Assembly: GCA_051942205.1 (NCBI GenBank)
Contig: JAVECO010000136.1
Span: 1-64,000, forward strand
Origin: Coniocarpon cinnabarinum
Taxonomy: Eukaryota
Direction: 5' to 3'
Length of the DNA stretch: 64,000 nucleotides
The notes beneath the pieces were generated by a model, which worked only from the letters and a program-made list of their open reading frames with translations, was not told the origin of the DNA and searched no databases. The position numbers and the translations under genes are program-made. Shown piece by piece: positions 36,354-47,109 of this stretch (within the stretch, counting starts at the first letter, position 1; every line of letters begins with the position of its first letter).

Positions 36354-38111
36354 ATGCACTCTCTGGTGCAGGCACACAACTACATAGCTTTGCGTCTTCC
36401 TTCCGGCCTCCACAAGGTGCTGAAAATCAGGCCTGAGACGTGAGTGAGTAGCACCAATCCCCATAGCTAGTGCATTCACAGAATATTAACAAATGGGTAC
36501 CGCCCGCGTAGTATCATTCACCTGGGCAAGTATGGCACCTTCAACGCCAATGACCTGCTGGGACGACCTTTCTACCTCACGTACGAGGTCCTGGATAAGG
36601 AGGAACAGCACCTGTCCTCTCTTCGTATCATACCTCCAGCTGAGCTACATGCCCTAGCTGTATCTGAACATGCCACTACACCATCCGAGTCCCGTGATGT
36701 CGACTCTCTGGAAGCTGCAGATGCAGATGCGGACGAGTTGGTCCGTACCACGGCCAATAACCAACTTACCGTCGACGATCCTGCCCGACAATCGCTGACC
36801 ATGGATGACATCGAAGAGTTGAAGGCGACTGGATCTGGTCGAGATGTCATTGCAAAGATCATGGCGTCGCATTCTCATCTAGGAGAGAAGACCGCGTACA
36901 GTCTGGCAAAATATTCGTTACGCAAGCGAAGGAAATACATGAAAATGTTTACAGCTCTCCCGCTTGACGTGAGCACGCTGGCTTACTGGTATCTGCAAGA
37001 GAAGGAGGCTGCCAAAATTATGGAGCTCCGGGAAGAGACGCTTGGCCTCATGCTGAGTTGGGCAAACTGCCAGTCTGGACAGTCTAAGATGCCTGGGCAA
37101 GCCTCTGGAAGGTGGCTCGTTGTGGATGACACTGCAGGACTGTTGGTTGCTGCAATGGCCGAGCGAATGAACATATTACATCCTCCTAGAGACAAGAAAA
37201 TCAAGAAGTCACCAAACTACCAGGTTGCAGACGAGGCCGCTCATACGCCTGCCGTAACCGATTTGGACCATGTGCAGGCCCCGGATCGAGAAGGCACCTC
37301 GCAAGCGGTCCGTAAGAGCAAAAGTTCTGACGAGCCTCACCTCGCTGATTCCAATACCATCACACTCGTCCACAGCGCCACCCAGCCAAACATTTCGCTC
37401 CTTTCGTACTTCTCCTTCGATCCAAACAGCTCTGAAACGCCTGCTAGCCACCCTCTTCATAAACATCTACACACCTTGACTTGGCTACAACTTCTCGACC
37501 CCAAGTCCGATATCACCTACACCGAGCCTCCCATCATCCCCGCTTCCGAGCTCCAAGCTATGAAGAGCGGCCGAAGAGGCGCCTTTTACCGTAAAAGACG
37601 ACGCTGGGCTCAATGCAAAACCATTGTCGATCAGACACGCGCTGGCGGTTTCGATGGTCTCGTCGTCGCTACGCACATGGAACTCTCGAATGTGCTGCAT
37701 CATCTCGTGCCACTTGTGCGCGGCGGCGCACCCATCGTAGCATACAGTCCCAACAACGAACCTGTGGCCGAAGTGACAGATTCCTACTCATCTGGACGCA
37801 AGACCGCATTCCTCACTTCGTTGTACGAGAATGGACGCGAACCAGAGGTGCCGAGCGACGACTTCCCGCTGGATCCTCGTCTCGTGCTGGCGCCGAGTCT
37901 GCAGACTGTGCGAGCGAGGGAGTGGCAGGCTCTTCCCGGACGGACACATCCGGTCATGACGATGAAGGGTGGTGCGGAGGGCTATGTGTTCACTGGGACT
38001 AGAGTGTGGCCCGCGGAGGGAAAGGTGGAGGCAAGAGGCAATTTCGCGAAGAAGAGAAAGACGAATGACAAAGCTGTAGAGGCAGCAGACATGGCTGACG
38101 GTGAAGCGTGA
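36354..38111 (+). CDS. TRM6: tRNA (adenine58-N1)-methyltransferase non-catalytic subunit
   Basis: MHSLV...ALRLPSG, intron 36440-36511, LGKYGTF...GRPFYLTYE, KTAYSLAKY, REWQALPGRTHPVMT. Confidence 0.93.
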
Positions 38112-38528
38112 GAATGAATATCATGCTAGCATTTTTCCAATGGCATTATAGTCTCAAATTATAGACTACAGGCAGCCAATAGGTGGTACTCACGGAAGCT
38201 GCATCTCGTTCAGCAAAGATGCGATGCACAAGCGACTTCTCTTGTTGTCTACATCATTTTGGACTCCTACGAGGCTTTCGAATCATACGACAGCAGCACT
38301 GTCAGGCTTGAGCAGAGCCTCAAATGAGGTCACCAACATGAAGCATTTCGAATTCAATCACAAAGATCATGCATCTCAATTCCGAAGTAACTACCGTGAG
38401 GCCTCGCTATGTATTCTGTATCAAATCAAATCGACATTCTCACCACAACGCCAGGAGGTCGCTTCGCAGTCGATTATCAAAACATGATGCACATATCAGC
38501 TGTCGCCTACCTCTCCTATCTGTTCTCT

Positions 38529-41500
38529 TCATTTCAGATCAGCTGCAAATCCCATTTCATCTCGTCTTTCATCTCCGAGTCTTGCAATCTCCAGAATCAA
38601 TCTATACACATACGCCAACATGTCCTCATTTCGTAGTGCCGTCCTCGTCCACTCACTCCCGTCCATTGCGATCTTCTTGGCAACTTCGTCATGCCCCGCC
38701 CGCGCTTCGGCGTCATCACCCACGACCGTGACTTCTTCTCCGATACTCTTGGGGTCGTTGTTCTTGGTGCTCATTGATGTCGAGGGCGCGTAGCCGAGGA
38801 AGTACTCCATAATGCCGTACCAATCCATGTAGGTGTTGTCCATGGGGACGAAATGCTTCCACGGCACGAGGCGGCTGTCGTGCCACTCATCGTAGATGGT
38901 GGCCTTGATCGGGAGAGAGCTGTCCTGAAGAATGGATCGATAACGGCCCGAGTAAGATGCGCCGTCAAGATCCGGTTGGTACTTGTACTTGTATGCCTCT
39001 GTTGATTTGACGACGGGCTTAACCGTGTAGTACTCGCCGTTATAGGGGCAATCTTGACCGTTGCCGTGGAACCACGACGGAGGCGGGAAACAACGGAGAT
39101 GAATAAACGCCGCGTCTACCCTGGAATTGATCCATGATTCAAGCGCGGCTGAAGGCGAAGTAGCCTGCATCGTGGCGAGGTCATAGACGTCAACCTGAGG
39201 TAAGGGAAAATTCCATGGAAGCGCTGGGTGACCACCGGGAACATGCGAGGGTATTGGGTTTCCAGACGCTTGCGTAGCCTCGTGCTGACTCACGAGCGTG
39301 CCATTCAGCATTGAGAGGAAACGATGCCGTTGAAAGCGCGTCCAATTATCAGCGTCGTTGACGCCGCCAGAAGCCGAGCCACGCCACATAACGAGATCTT
39401 CTTTCTTCTCCCACGGGATGCGTTGATCCTCTTTGAAGTTGAAAGTGAAGTCGGATGAGTCCGCGTCCGAGGGCCACTGCATTGCTGGAGGGACGAGGAT
39501 TTCCGCGTTGATGTCGTGAATCTTGCAACCGCTCAGCATCGGCACGAGGTCGGAAATGATTGCTTTTTGTGCAGGTTTGGGGTTCTCCGGGTTGGACGAA
39601 AGCATGCCAATCCAGGTACCGTGCAAACCGCGTAGATGTGGATTGTCGCAAGAAGACTTGGCTGCTGACCAATTGGACACGAATCCTTCATGCATATATA
39701 TGAGATTGTGCGCGTGTGGGAAATGGGGTGTCTTGCTGAAATCGTCGTTGCCGTTCGCTTTGCGAGCTTTGGAGTGTGGTGGGCAAACGGCGCGACCGGC
39801 ATCCCATAGTGGCTTGTCTTCTGGGAACTCGGCCCATTCATAACCATCCCTTTCTTTCACAGGCGGGCGTTTGAGTGGCAGTGGCTCGAGCTCGACGTAC
39901 TCTTGTATGCTGGGAAGATGATCATCGACAGGATGTTTTAAGCGACGCTTCTCGGCTTTAGCGATGGCCTCCTGGATCTCTTCGTATGGCACAAACATCT
40001 TCGGCTCGTCTTCACCGTTGAATGCAATGTCAACATCAGGTAAGTCTTCCAAAGGAAGCGCTTGGAGGCCAGTGCCCCAGAAGTCCATCCAATTTGCGAT
40101 ATTTGGTGGTTCATCGTCCCAGCGACGCATTACACCATTGCGAATACTCAGCACATTCATCCAGGACTTCGGGAAGTCGCGGATCACGCGCGGCTCAACG
40201 GCCCAGAAAGGAGCCAGATCACCGTAAATCTGGTCGAAGTAATCTTCAACCATAACGACATCGCGCTCTTCACACCACTTGACAAATTTATCGAAACGTG
40301 GAGGCGGATGGCGGCCACGGCGTTGGCGATAAGCTTGAGCAGCATCATGAACGCCGTGCGTGCGCTTCGACATCAATTCATTATGGTAGTCCTCTGCTTC
40401 GAGAATCAGCTGGTCGATCGGATGCGAGCCTGGCCGCGTCTTCGAAGCTGCGGAAGATTGTAGCGATGGCGGCGGCGAGCTGGTTTCACCTGCAGCGGGG
40501 ACTGATGTAGCTTTGCTTGAAGCATGGGCCTTACCGGTCCGATCTGCAGCAATGGTTTGAATGATCAAAGAGTCAGCCGAATGCTGTTTCGCCATGGGTT
40601 CTTCTGCAAGGTCCTCAGGCTTGAGCGTTTCCACAGGCGAGCTGACCGACGTTGTGGGCACCACTGGTGGAGCCGATCGGTCTGGTGGTTCGAGCATGTT
40701 CAGCCAATTCAGCACGAACATGGCTTTCAGCAGATTGTTTTCATAAGAAGTATGAGTTCCGTCAGGGCTTGAAGCTTGCACGGACATGTTGTATAAAGCG
40801 AGGTGCTCGAATCCTCGGCTTTTGACGCGCCCAGAAACCTCGCGGGTATGCCGCATCAACTGGAGATTGTTCTCAGAGCTTGATAGCGTATCCGTGTTGC
40901 TCTCGCCTTGAGCTGATGGAGAAATGAACAATCTTGGAAACGAATTGTTCGCGAGCGAATCCTCGAAATACGCAGGCATCTGCAGAGCCATTTCGTTCTC
41001 GATCTGCTCAAGCCATGACATCGTCGTCTCGACGTTAAGATCGTTCCACAATCCATGGCCCACGATGAATGCGTCGCGTCCATTGGGATCGGCTTTGTTC
41101 TCGATGTTCTTCACGACGCCTTTGAGCAAGTCGACGTTCAGCGGATAGTTGAGCATGGCATCCCAGGATACCAACGCCGGACGCTGCTTGCACTGTACTG
41201 ACATTGGCGCGTTCTGCAAGAGCGGGACCGTGTTAACGGCTGACCACCAGATACAAGCGGGTTTATCAAAAACGTTGTGACAGTGACAATCGTTGTCGTC
41301 AGTGCCTTCGCGCCACGTCGCTCGGCCTCCGTCCCATAAATCGCCACGCATGAAGACATGCAGAGCCTGGCCCAAATGACGGAGCATGTCGTCTCCAATC
41401 AAGTAAATGTGGTCGTACCGGCTGAGGATGTCACAAACTTCGTCGATAGTGAACCATTGCATATCACATCCCCTAGTCCAGTACGGAGTGTCCCATCCGA

Positions 41501-41861
41501 GTCGACCGCCACCGCTCATCGCATCCAGCAATGACGACCGATCTGTACATGCTGGCGCAAATGGATGGTGTATATTTAGTGAGGTGAAATTGCAGCCATC
41601 TTCTTTCCGAAAATTTCTCAAGCCGTCGAACTGATTCTCCTTGCTGCCCGCCGAGTCGTGAACTTTTCGCCAGCCCTGCGTGATAATCTGCCGGGGTGAT
41701 GTCGCTGGTCCAGGCTGCCACGATGACGTGCTGAGAAAGAAGAGAGCGACGAGCGACCCTGCAAGCAAGCCGAGCCACCGCCTTGACTGAAGGATCGCGG
41801 CGTAATGGCGAATACTGGCCGAATCTCGCGTCCATCTGGGCAGCTCAGGGGATCCCATCAT
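38529..41861 (-). CDS. Fusion of an SGNH/PC-esterase-like domain and a glycosyltransferase family 90 (CAP10/Cxt1-like) domain; type II membrane protein
   Basis: 1110-aa intronless ORF: N-terminal TM, IGDDMLRH...GHGLWND...DGTH, S/T/P-rich linker, then HPIDQLI, RRGRHPPPRF, WRGSASGG, KYQPDLDGASYSGRY, EWHDSRLVPWKHFVP. Confidence 0.88.
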   Translation of the reverse strand: MMGSPELPRWTRDSASIRHYAAILQSRRWLGLLAGSLVALFFLSTSSWQPGPATSPRQIITQGWRKVHDSAGSKENQFDGLRNFRKEDGCNFTSLNIHHPFAPACTDRSSLLDAMSGGGRLGWDTPYWTRGCDMQWFTIDEVCDILSRYDHIYLIGDDMLRHLGQALHVFMRGDLWDGGRATWREGTDDNDCHCHNVFDKPACIWWSAVNTVPLLQNAPMSVQCKQRPALVSWDAMLNYPLNVDLLKGVVKNIENKADPNGRDAFIVGHGLWNDLNVETTMSWLEQIENEMALQMPAYFEDSLANNSFPRLFISPSAQGESNTDTLSSSENNLQLMRHTREVSGRVKSRGFEHLALYNMSVQASSPDGTHTSYENNLLKAMFVLNWLNMLEPPDRSAPPVVPTTSVSSPVETLKPEDLAEEPMAKQHSADSLIIQTIAADRTGKAHASSKATSVPAAGETSSPPPSLQSSAASKTRPGSHPIDQLILEAEDYHNELMSKRTHGVHDAAQAYRQRRGRHPPPRFDKFVKWCEERDVVMVEDYFDQIYGDLAPFWAVEPRVIRDFPKSWMNVLSIRNGVMRRWDDEPPNIANWMDFWGTGLQALPLEDLPDVDIAFNGEDEPKMFVPYEEIQEAIAKAEKRRLKHPVDDHLPSIQEYVELEPLPLKRPPVKERDGYEWAEFPEDKPLWDAGRAVCPPHSKARKANGNDDFSKTPHFPHAHNLIYMHEGFVSNWSAAKSSCDNPHLRGLHGTWIGMLSSNPENPKPAQKAIISDLVPMLSGCKIHDINAEILVPPAMQWPSDADSSDFTFNFKEDQRIPWEKKEDLVMWRGSASGGVNDADNWTRFQRHRFLSMLNGTLVSQHEATQASGNPIPSHVPGGHPALPWNFPLPQVDVYDLATMQATSPSAALESWINSRVDAAFIHLRCFPPPSWFHGNGQDCPYNGEYYTVKPVVKSTEAYKYKYQPDLDGASYSGRYRSILQDSSLPIKATIYDEWHDSRLVPWKHFVPMDNTYMDWYGIMEYFLGYAPSTSMSTKNNDPKSIGEEVTVVGDDAEARAGHDEVAKKIAMDGSEWTRTALRNEDMLAYVYRLILEIARLGDERRDEMGFAADLK

Positions 41862-42508
41862 GGCCGACGTTCATACACAGATAGCCAAGCCACGTGATAA
41901 GAGGCAAGGACGGCCTCGGTAGCCTGATTCGGATACTAAGCCATCACACTGGTGATGGAGCCCTGTACCACGATGTTGCGGCGAAACACGATCCGCGCGT
42001 TCCTTCGCGCTGGCGATGGTTGCTATGAATGCTCGTGAACGAGATGGAGGGAGAAAAGATGACCGCACCAGTCGCCGTGACGTTGGACCAGGAAATTCGT
42101 TGAGGCGAAAGATCAGGCCTGGCCTATTCTTGGCCAATGGATCAGGCCAAGCTCAACACGGGATAGCGTCAGGCACTCGCAAGAGCCATTGGCGGACCCA
42201 GCGGTGTCCGTTGCTAGCGCCGCTCGCCGATCTTGGCTCCGATGTATTGGCGACCCTGAAGCGGCAGTTGTCGATGGACCCTCGGTGCCCTCTTGGTCGA
42301 GTTCCAATCCATCACGACAGGCACACACCAAAGTCTGGCTCGCCATACCGCAGGTACTCTGTACTGTCGTACACACCCTCCGTGGAACACCATCGTGACA
42401 TCAACATGAGGCCCCCGATGCGCTCCATTTCAGAGCGCGCAGGTGCAATGAGCGTCCTCTTCCACTCGCCCACGTCTCGTACCCGTCCACCGACTTTTGT
42501 GGGTGGCT

Positions 42509-43841
42509 ATGGCTACTCGCTTTGGTAGACCGAGCTTGGCTCTCTGGACCGTCCTGGGCTTTCTGTCGACGACGGCCCTGTGGTGTTTCTACCATGGCGA
42601 CTTTCGCCATCGCGTCAACAGCACGAGGCAGCTCATCGTCCATCGCCTGAGCTCTTCAGCCGAGGAACCTACGCTGTGGCCGGGCTTTGCCAAGCTAGAA
42701 GATGTCGTCGTTTTTGGTGACTCCTACTCGACCACGTTCTTTGATCCTCAGGGTCGGCGGCCTGACGCAGACGCCCCATTTGGCAATAGAGATGTCGACA
42801 ACCCCAGGCCAAACGATGAGGCAAGTCGAAAGCCGTTTCGCTTGGTGCTTTTCCCCTGCGTGGGTCCGAAAATTTCTGCGCAGCTGGAGACTGACCTCGC
42901 AATACCAGGGTCCCAAGTGGATTGAGTATATGCAGTCCACTCACAATTCAAGCTTCTTCAAGGTTACCAATTTCGCGATTCTAGGCGCAACCATCGAGTC
43001 ACATCCGATTGAGCCAAAGCAGCCAGGCGCAAACATGCAATATGCCCGTACCATGAGAGAGGAGATCGATACGTTCGTGGGCTCGGAGCATGATGACAGT
43101 CACAAACCGTTTAAGGATTGGAAACCTGATACTTCCCTATTCGCAACTTGGCTCGGAGTCAATGAAGTGCTCAATGCTGTTCGGCAGTCGATCAGCATTC
43201 CGTACGAGCCCATTTTCGCTACCTATGCATCCGGCCTGGATCGACTGCACGACCTTGGTGCCCGCAACTTTCTCATCCTCAACGTTCCCCCACTGGATGC
43301 CATCCAAGGACCTGATGCGATCTTCGGAGCAGCGGCTGACTACATCAACGAATTCAACGCTAGGCTGGACAAGATGCACGAGACATGGGTCGGTCATCAT
43401 CCCGGGGTCAAAATGTTCCTCTTCGACGTTCATGGCCTCTGGATGAGACTAATTCGGAATCCTGAATATTTCGCCGAGTATGGTGATTTTCAGAATGTCA
43501 CTGGTTGGTGTCCAGGATATGCTTGGCACTCCAATGATCTGGAAGACTTCAAAGAGGTAGGCTTTGTGTTTCCTTGTAATTCAAATCTATACCTTCGTGA
43601 TGAGACAGCTGCAAAAAAATCGCACCATGTTTGCCGTCGGCGATCAAAAGCTCTCAACCTTTTCTCCCGCTGATTATGATCATTGCAGGAATGTGGCGTG
43701 GGTCGTAACAGATTCCTGTGGCTGGATGGCATTCACCCCACACATACAACTCAGAATGTAACGGCAGCAGTCCTAGTCGAAGACTGCTTCAAATCGATCA
43801 GCCATCGTGGATTTTGTCACGCTGTGCCCGAGAACGCTTGA
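42509..43841 (+). CDS. SGNH/GDSL hydrolase (CE16-like acetylesterase) with N-terminal anchor
   Basis: FGDSYS, NFAILGAT, WLGVNE, GARNFLILNVPP, WLDGIHPT; GC-AG intron 42821-42908 and GT-AG intron 43557-43688. Confidence 0.88.
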
Positions 43842-44234
43842 AGGATCTACCATAATGTATTTGTGTTCTTCCGAATAGATAATTCTGGTCGCAATCTCTA
43901 CTAATGACTCAACGTCCTTCCCACATTCCTTTCTTTCGCAACCTGTCGCCCAAATCACTTCTAATTTTTCTCATACCGGTGAATGGTGGCCTACCACAGA
44001 TAATAATGCAGTACGGCAGAGCTGGGCTGGGCTAGGCTAGTCTATATCTACATAGCGTCTTTATCTGCATGCACGGATGCAAGGTACACAAGCCCGCGCG
44101 AACAGCTCCTGCAAGGTCAGCTGTTATTAGTGACTCGCAGCCACGAATTGGTCAGACGCGCGTTTTGCACATCAGTGCAAAAGTCCATTGTAGTGGATGC
44201 GCCTGTTTCCGAGTCCTGTCTCACTTGAAAGCCC

Positions 44235-44852
44235 TTGGAAACGATTGTTTGTACTCAAAACATCCCTCCCAAACTCCAGAATGTCCGGCGAAGCTACGCC
44301 CCAGCAGCTGCAGCCTCGCAATACGTGCCCGTCAACGCCTCGCCCAATTTCGCGGCCCTGCTCACCAACCTTCAGAAGGTGATCAACGCCCTGACAGTCC
44401 ATCCCGCCTTCGTTCGCGCTATGGAGGCTTGCCCGCCAGGACAGCCACCACTGAATAGGGAGCAAAACAAGGTCTACTGCACGCAGGACTTTTGCTGTCG
44501 TAGTAGGTCCATGTTGCTTCAGGTCGACCCCGAAGTCAAGGACGACAAGGCCAAGGAGGCGTTTCGGGAGGTCTATGAGCGATGCATGATGGCAAGCATG
44601 ATGGTGAACGACACGTCAGCAAAGACAAGCATGATGTTGGGGGAGAACCCTGGGGAGGCGATTGATTTTGGACCGGATGTCAAGGATGCGGTAAAGGAGC
44701 TTGAGAAGAAATTGCCGGATGAGGTGCGTGTGAATCAATTTACGCTCAATCACTCAGAGCCGCAGCAAGCTCGTTCCCGGATGAAAACACGGGCAGTGGC
44801 AGAAATGCGTTCCGGGCGACTATCGATGTCGGTGAACGCGGTCGACAGCTAG
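44235..44852 (+). CDS. Small hypothetical protein; 5' and 3' ends uncertain
   Basis: Coding-like ORF core (~44340-44720); no in-frame ATG before 44421; possible GTGCGT donor near 44724. Confidence 0.55.
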   Translation: METIVCTQNIPPKLQNVRRSYAPAAAASQYVPVNASPNFAALLTNLQKVINALTVHPAFVRAMEACPPGQPPLNREQNKVYCTQDFCCRSRSMLLQVDPEVKDDKAKEAFREVYERCMMASMMVNDTSAKTSMMLGENPGEAIDFGPDVKDAVKELEKKLPDEVRVNQFTLNHSEPQQARSRMKTRAVAEMRSGRLSMSVNAVDS

Positions 44853-45602
44853 CTGACGAAGAATCAAATCTAGGCCGCGATGTTCTGAACCTAGAGGACT
44901 AGGAAATTCACCGGCAAGGATCAAACTTCTCGGGTGGATGGGGGATCTAGTTAGCTGTTTACGCTCCGAGGACGGCGGATCGGTGTGGCTGTAGAGGCAC
45001 GAGTGTTCAGCGCGCTTTCCCCACGCAGTCACAGTCAGAAGCTATTAGCAAGATGATCCGAAACCCAAAATGAAAAGCTGAGGCTTTATCCAGCGTTGAA
45101 GCGCAGCGCCGCAGGTTGCAAGCCATTCGTGTCTAATGATAGATGAGGCACTGAACGGGAGGATGAGAGATGGACTGGAGGAAAGAGACGCGTGCCAAGT
45201 ATTTTAAGTAACGATCGGCACGCCGCGCTGCTGTGACCGGAAGATCTTGACCAATCAAATTGGATGGGGGCGGAATTGTGGGACAAGATGCTGCTCGAGT
45301 CAGGTGATCATTGGACGCGCTCCACTCACTGCGCCTCTTCTTTTTCCAAATGACGCACCTCTGCAACCATCCATCTTTCCACACATCCTCCCACGCACAC
45401 TTAAATACCTGCAGAGCTCCCTCTTGGAACAGGATCATCTTCTCATCATTGCCATCATCTCCATACCAGCTTGGCAACTTTGCTTACTTCACGCTTTACT
45501 TCGAGCTTAATTTTAATAATCATCCATCGGCGTCTCGATTCCGTCTAGTCATCAGTCCAAAGCTTCCCGAAATCTCTCCAGCTTCAAGCCAGTGCTATTA
45601 CA

Positions 45603-46259
45603 ATGTCTTCCACCACAACGCTCTTCACCGCCGCCTTGGCCTGCTTCGCATCTGTTTCTGCAGCTCCGTTCAGCAAGCGTGCAGCCTGCCCTGGTCGTGC
45701 CGTGGACAGCTCAGCGCCCATGCAACTTTACTACGTCCCCCGTACCGCTCCGACCGACACTGACGGTGTCGATGTCTGTGGCGCTATCACTACTGGGCCG
45801 GTCCACTATCTCGAACCTGAACAGCCCGACACACCGGCCAGCAAAGGCCAACGGTATCTTGCCCCCGTCCCTCGCGTGAGCGATATTTACGTCAGCCTCG
45901 TGGGTGGCTACATCCACACCTCCCTGCCAATTCCCGGCAACGAGCCTCCGGCCAACGCCACCTGGAGCTCCATTAACGATCCTGTTTTCCCTGACGACGG
46001 CACCAACACCGGCGGCGAGGTCTTCTTCACAGTCGAGAACGAGGGCGCGGATGGTGGTCTGACCATTGACCCAGACACGGGTGCTTTGCATCTCTTCCGC
46101 GAATCCACACCCAGCCTGCAGCCTGACTACGCGATCTGGAAAGTCTGCGACACGCCTTACCCACACTTGGCTTTCAAGGGCGAGACGACTACCAGCTGCC
46201 AGGATGTCTACGTGATTGGCTGCAACCAGGGCAATTGCCCGCCTCTCGGCTCTCATTAG
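45603..46259 (+). CDS. Secreted hypothetical protein (218 aa) with a Kex2-like KR site
   Basis: Signal peptide MSSTTTLFTAALACFASVSA, then PFSKR and six Cys in the mature part; strong C-ending codon bias. Confidence 0.85.
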   Translation: MSSTTTLFTAALACFASVSAAPFSKRAACPGRAVDSSAPMQLYYVPRTAPTDTDGVDVCGAITTGPVHYLEPEQPDTPASKGQRYLAPVPRVSDIYVSLVGGYIHTSLPIPGNEPPANATWSSINDPVFPDDGTNTGGEVFFTVENEGADGGLTIDPDTGALHLFRESTPSLQPDYAIWKVCDTPYPHLAFKGETTTSCQDVYVIGCNQGNCPPLGSH

Positions 46260-47109
46260 CAGCAATCAGAACTGGCATGTGACAAAACGAGTACAACATA
46301 CCTACAAATTGAGCACGTCTTCTGTGCTGGAAGCTGAAAGACCCTGATTTACTGCATAGCGCATTGGTGGGAGTGTTTATGAATGAGATGATACGAATAG
46401 CATACTGCATAATGCATACTTAAGTGTAATGACATATCTGGGGGAAGGGCCTAATCAGAGTTCCTCCCGAGCTATCCATCTAGACATATAATCGAATAAG
46501 AGTAATTCCAATACATAATCTCCTGGTCGACTGAAAGCATCGTCACAATGCTTTCTCACGTCGTGACGTCTTAAGCAGATGAGGCTTACGACGCTAGGTT
46601 TTGTCCAAGAAAGATCACCCTGCGGTTCAGCGCTCTTGGTGTGACTTTGTTCACTCTTCGCAATGGATGATATTCCCACCGTCATTTCGAGCAAAACGCT
46701 CAGCAATCCGATCATTCGTAGAGCAGTGACGTCAAAGCTCTTGCTGTGAGATGCTTAGATTATTGTACGACATTCCGGATGGATGTGTGGTCAGCTGGAA
46801 CCAGGCCACGACACGATCTTGCCTGGTCATCTCGCTCAGTTTCAGGAAAGAGGATTCATTTTAGATATTAGAAAGAGGCGCTCGCTCTACTCCGCGCTTC
46901 CGTCAAGATCTATTCTCTTTTTGGGGACGCAGCCTTGCGTTGTGTGCTAGTGGCGCAAAGCAGGTGTTCGTCGCCTGCTAGGCAGCATCACCCACACATG
47001 GGGACATTCATTATAAATACGTCCAGAGTTCAAACACGAGACTATTCTGCAAACGATTCAGAAAGATCATAAGGCTGCTCAGGATCTAGGTGGCAACCCG
47101 GCTGAAAAC

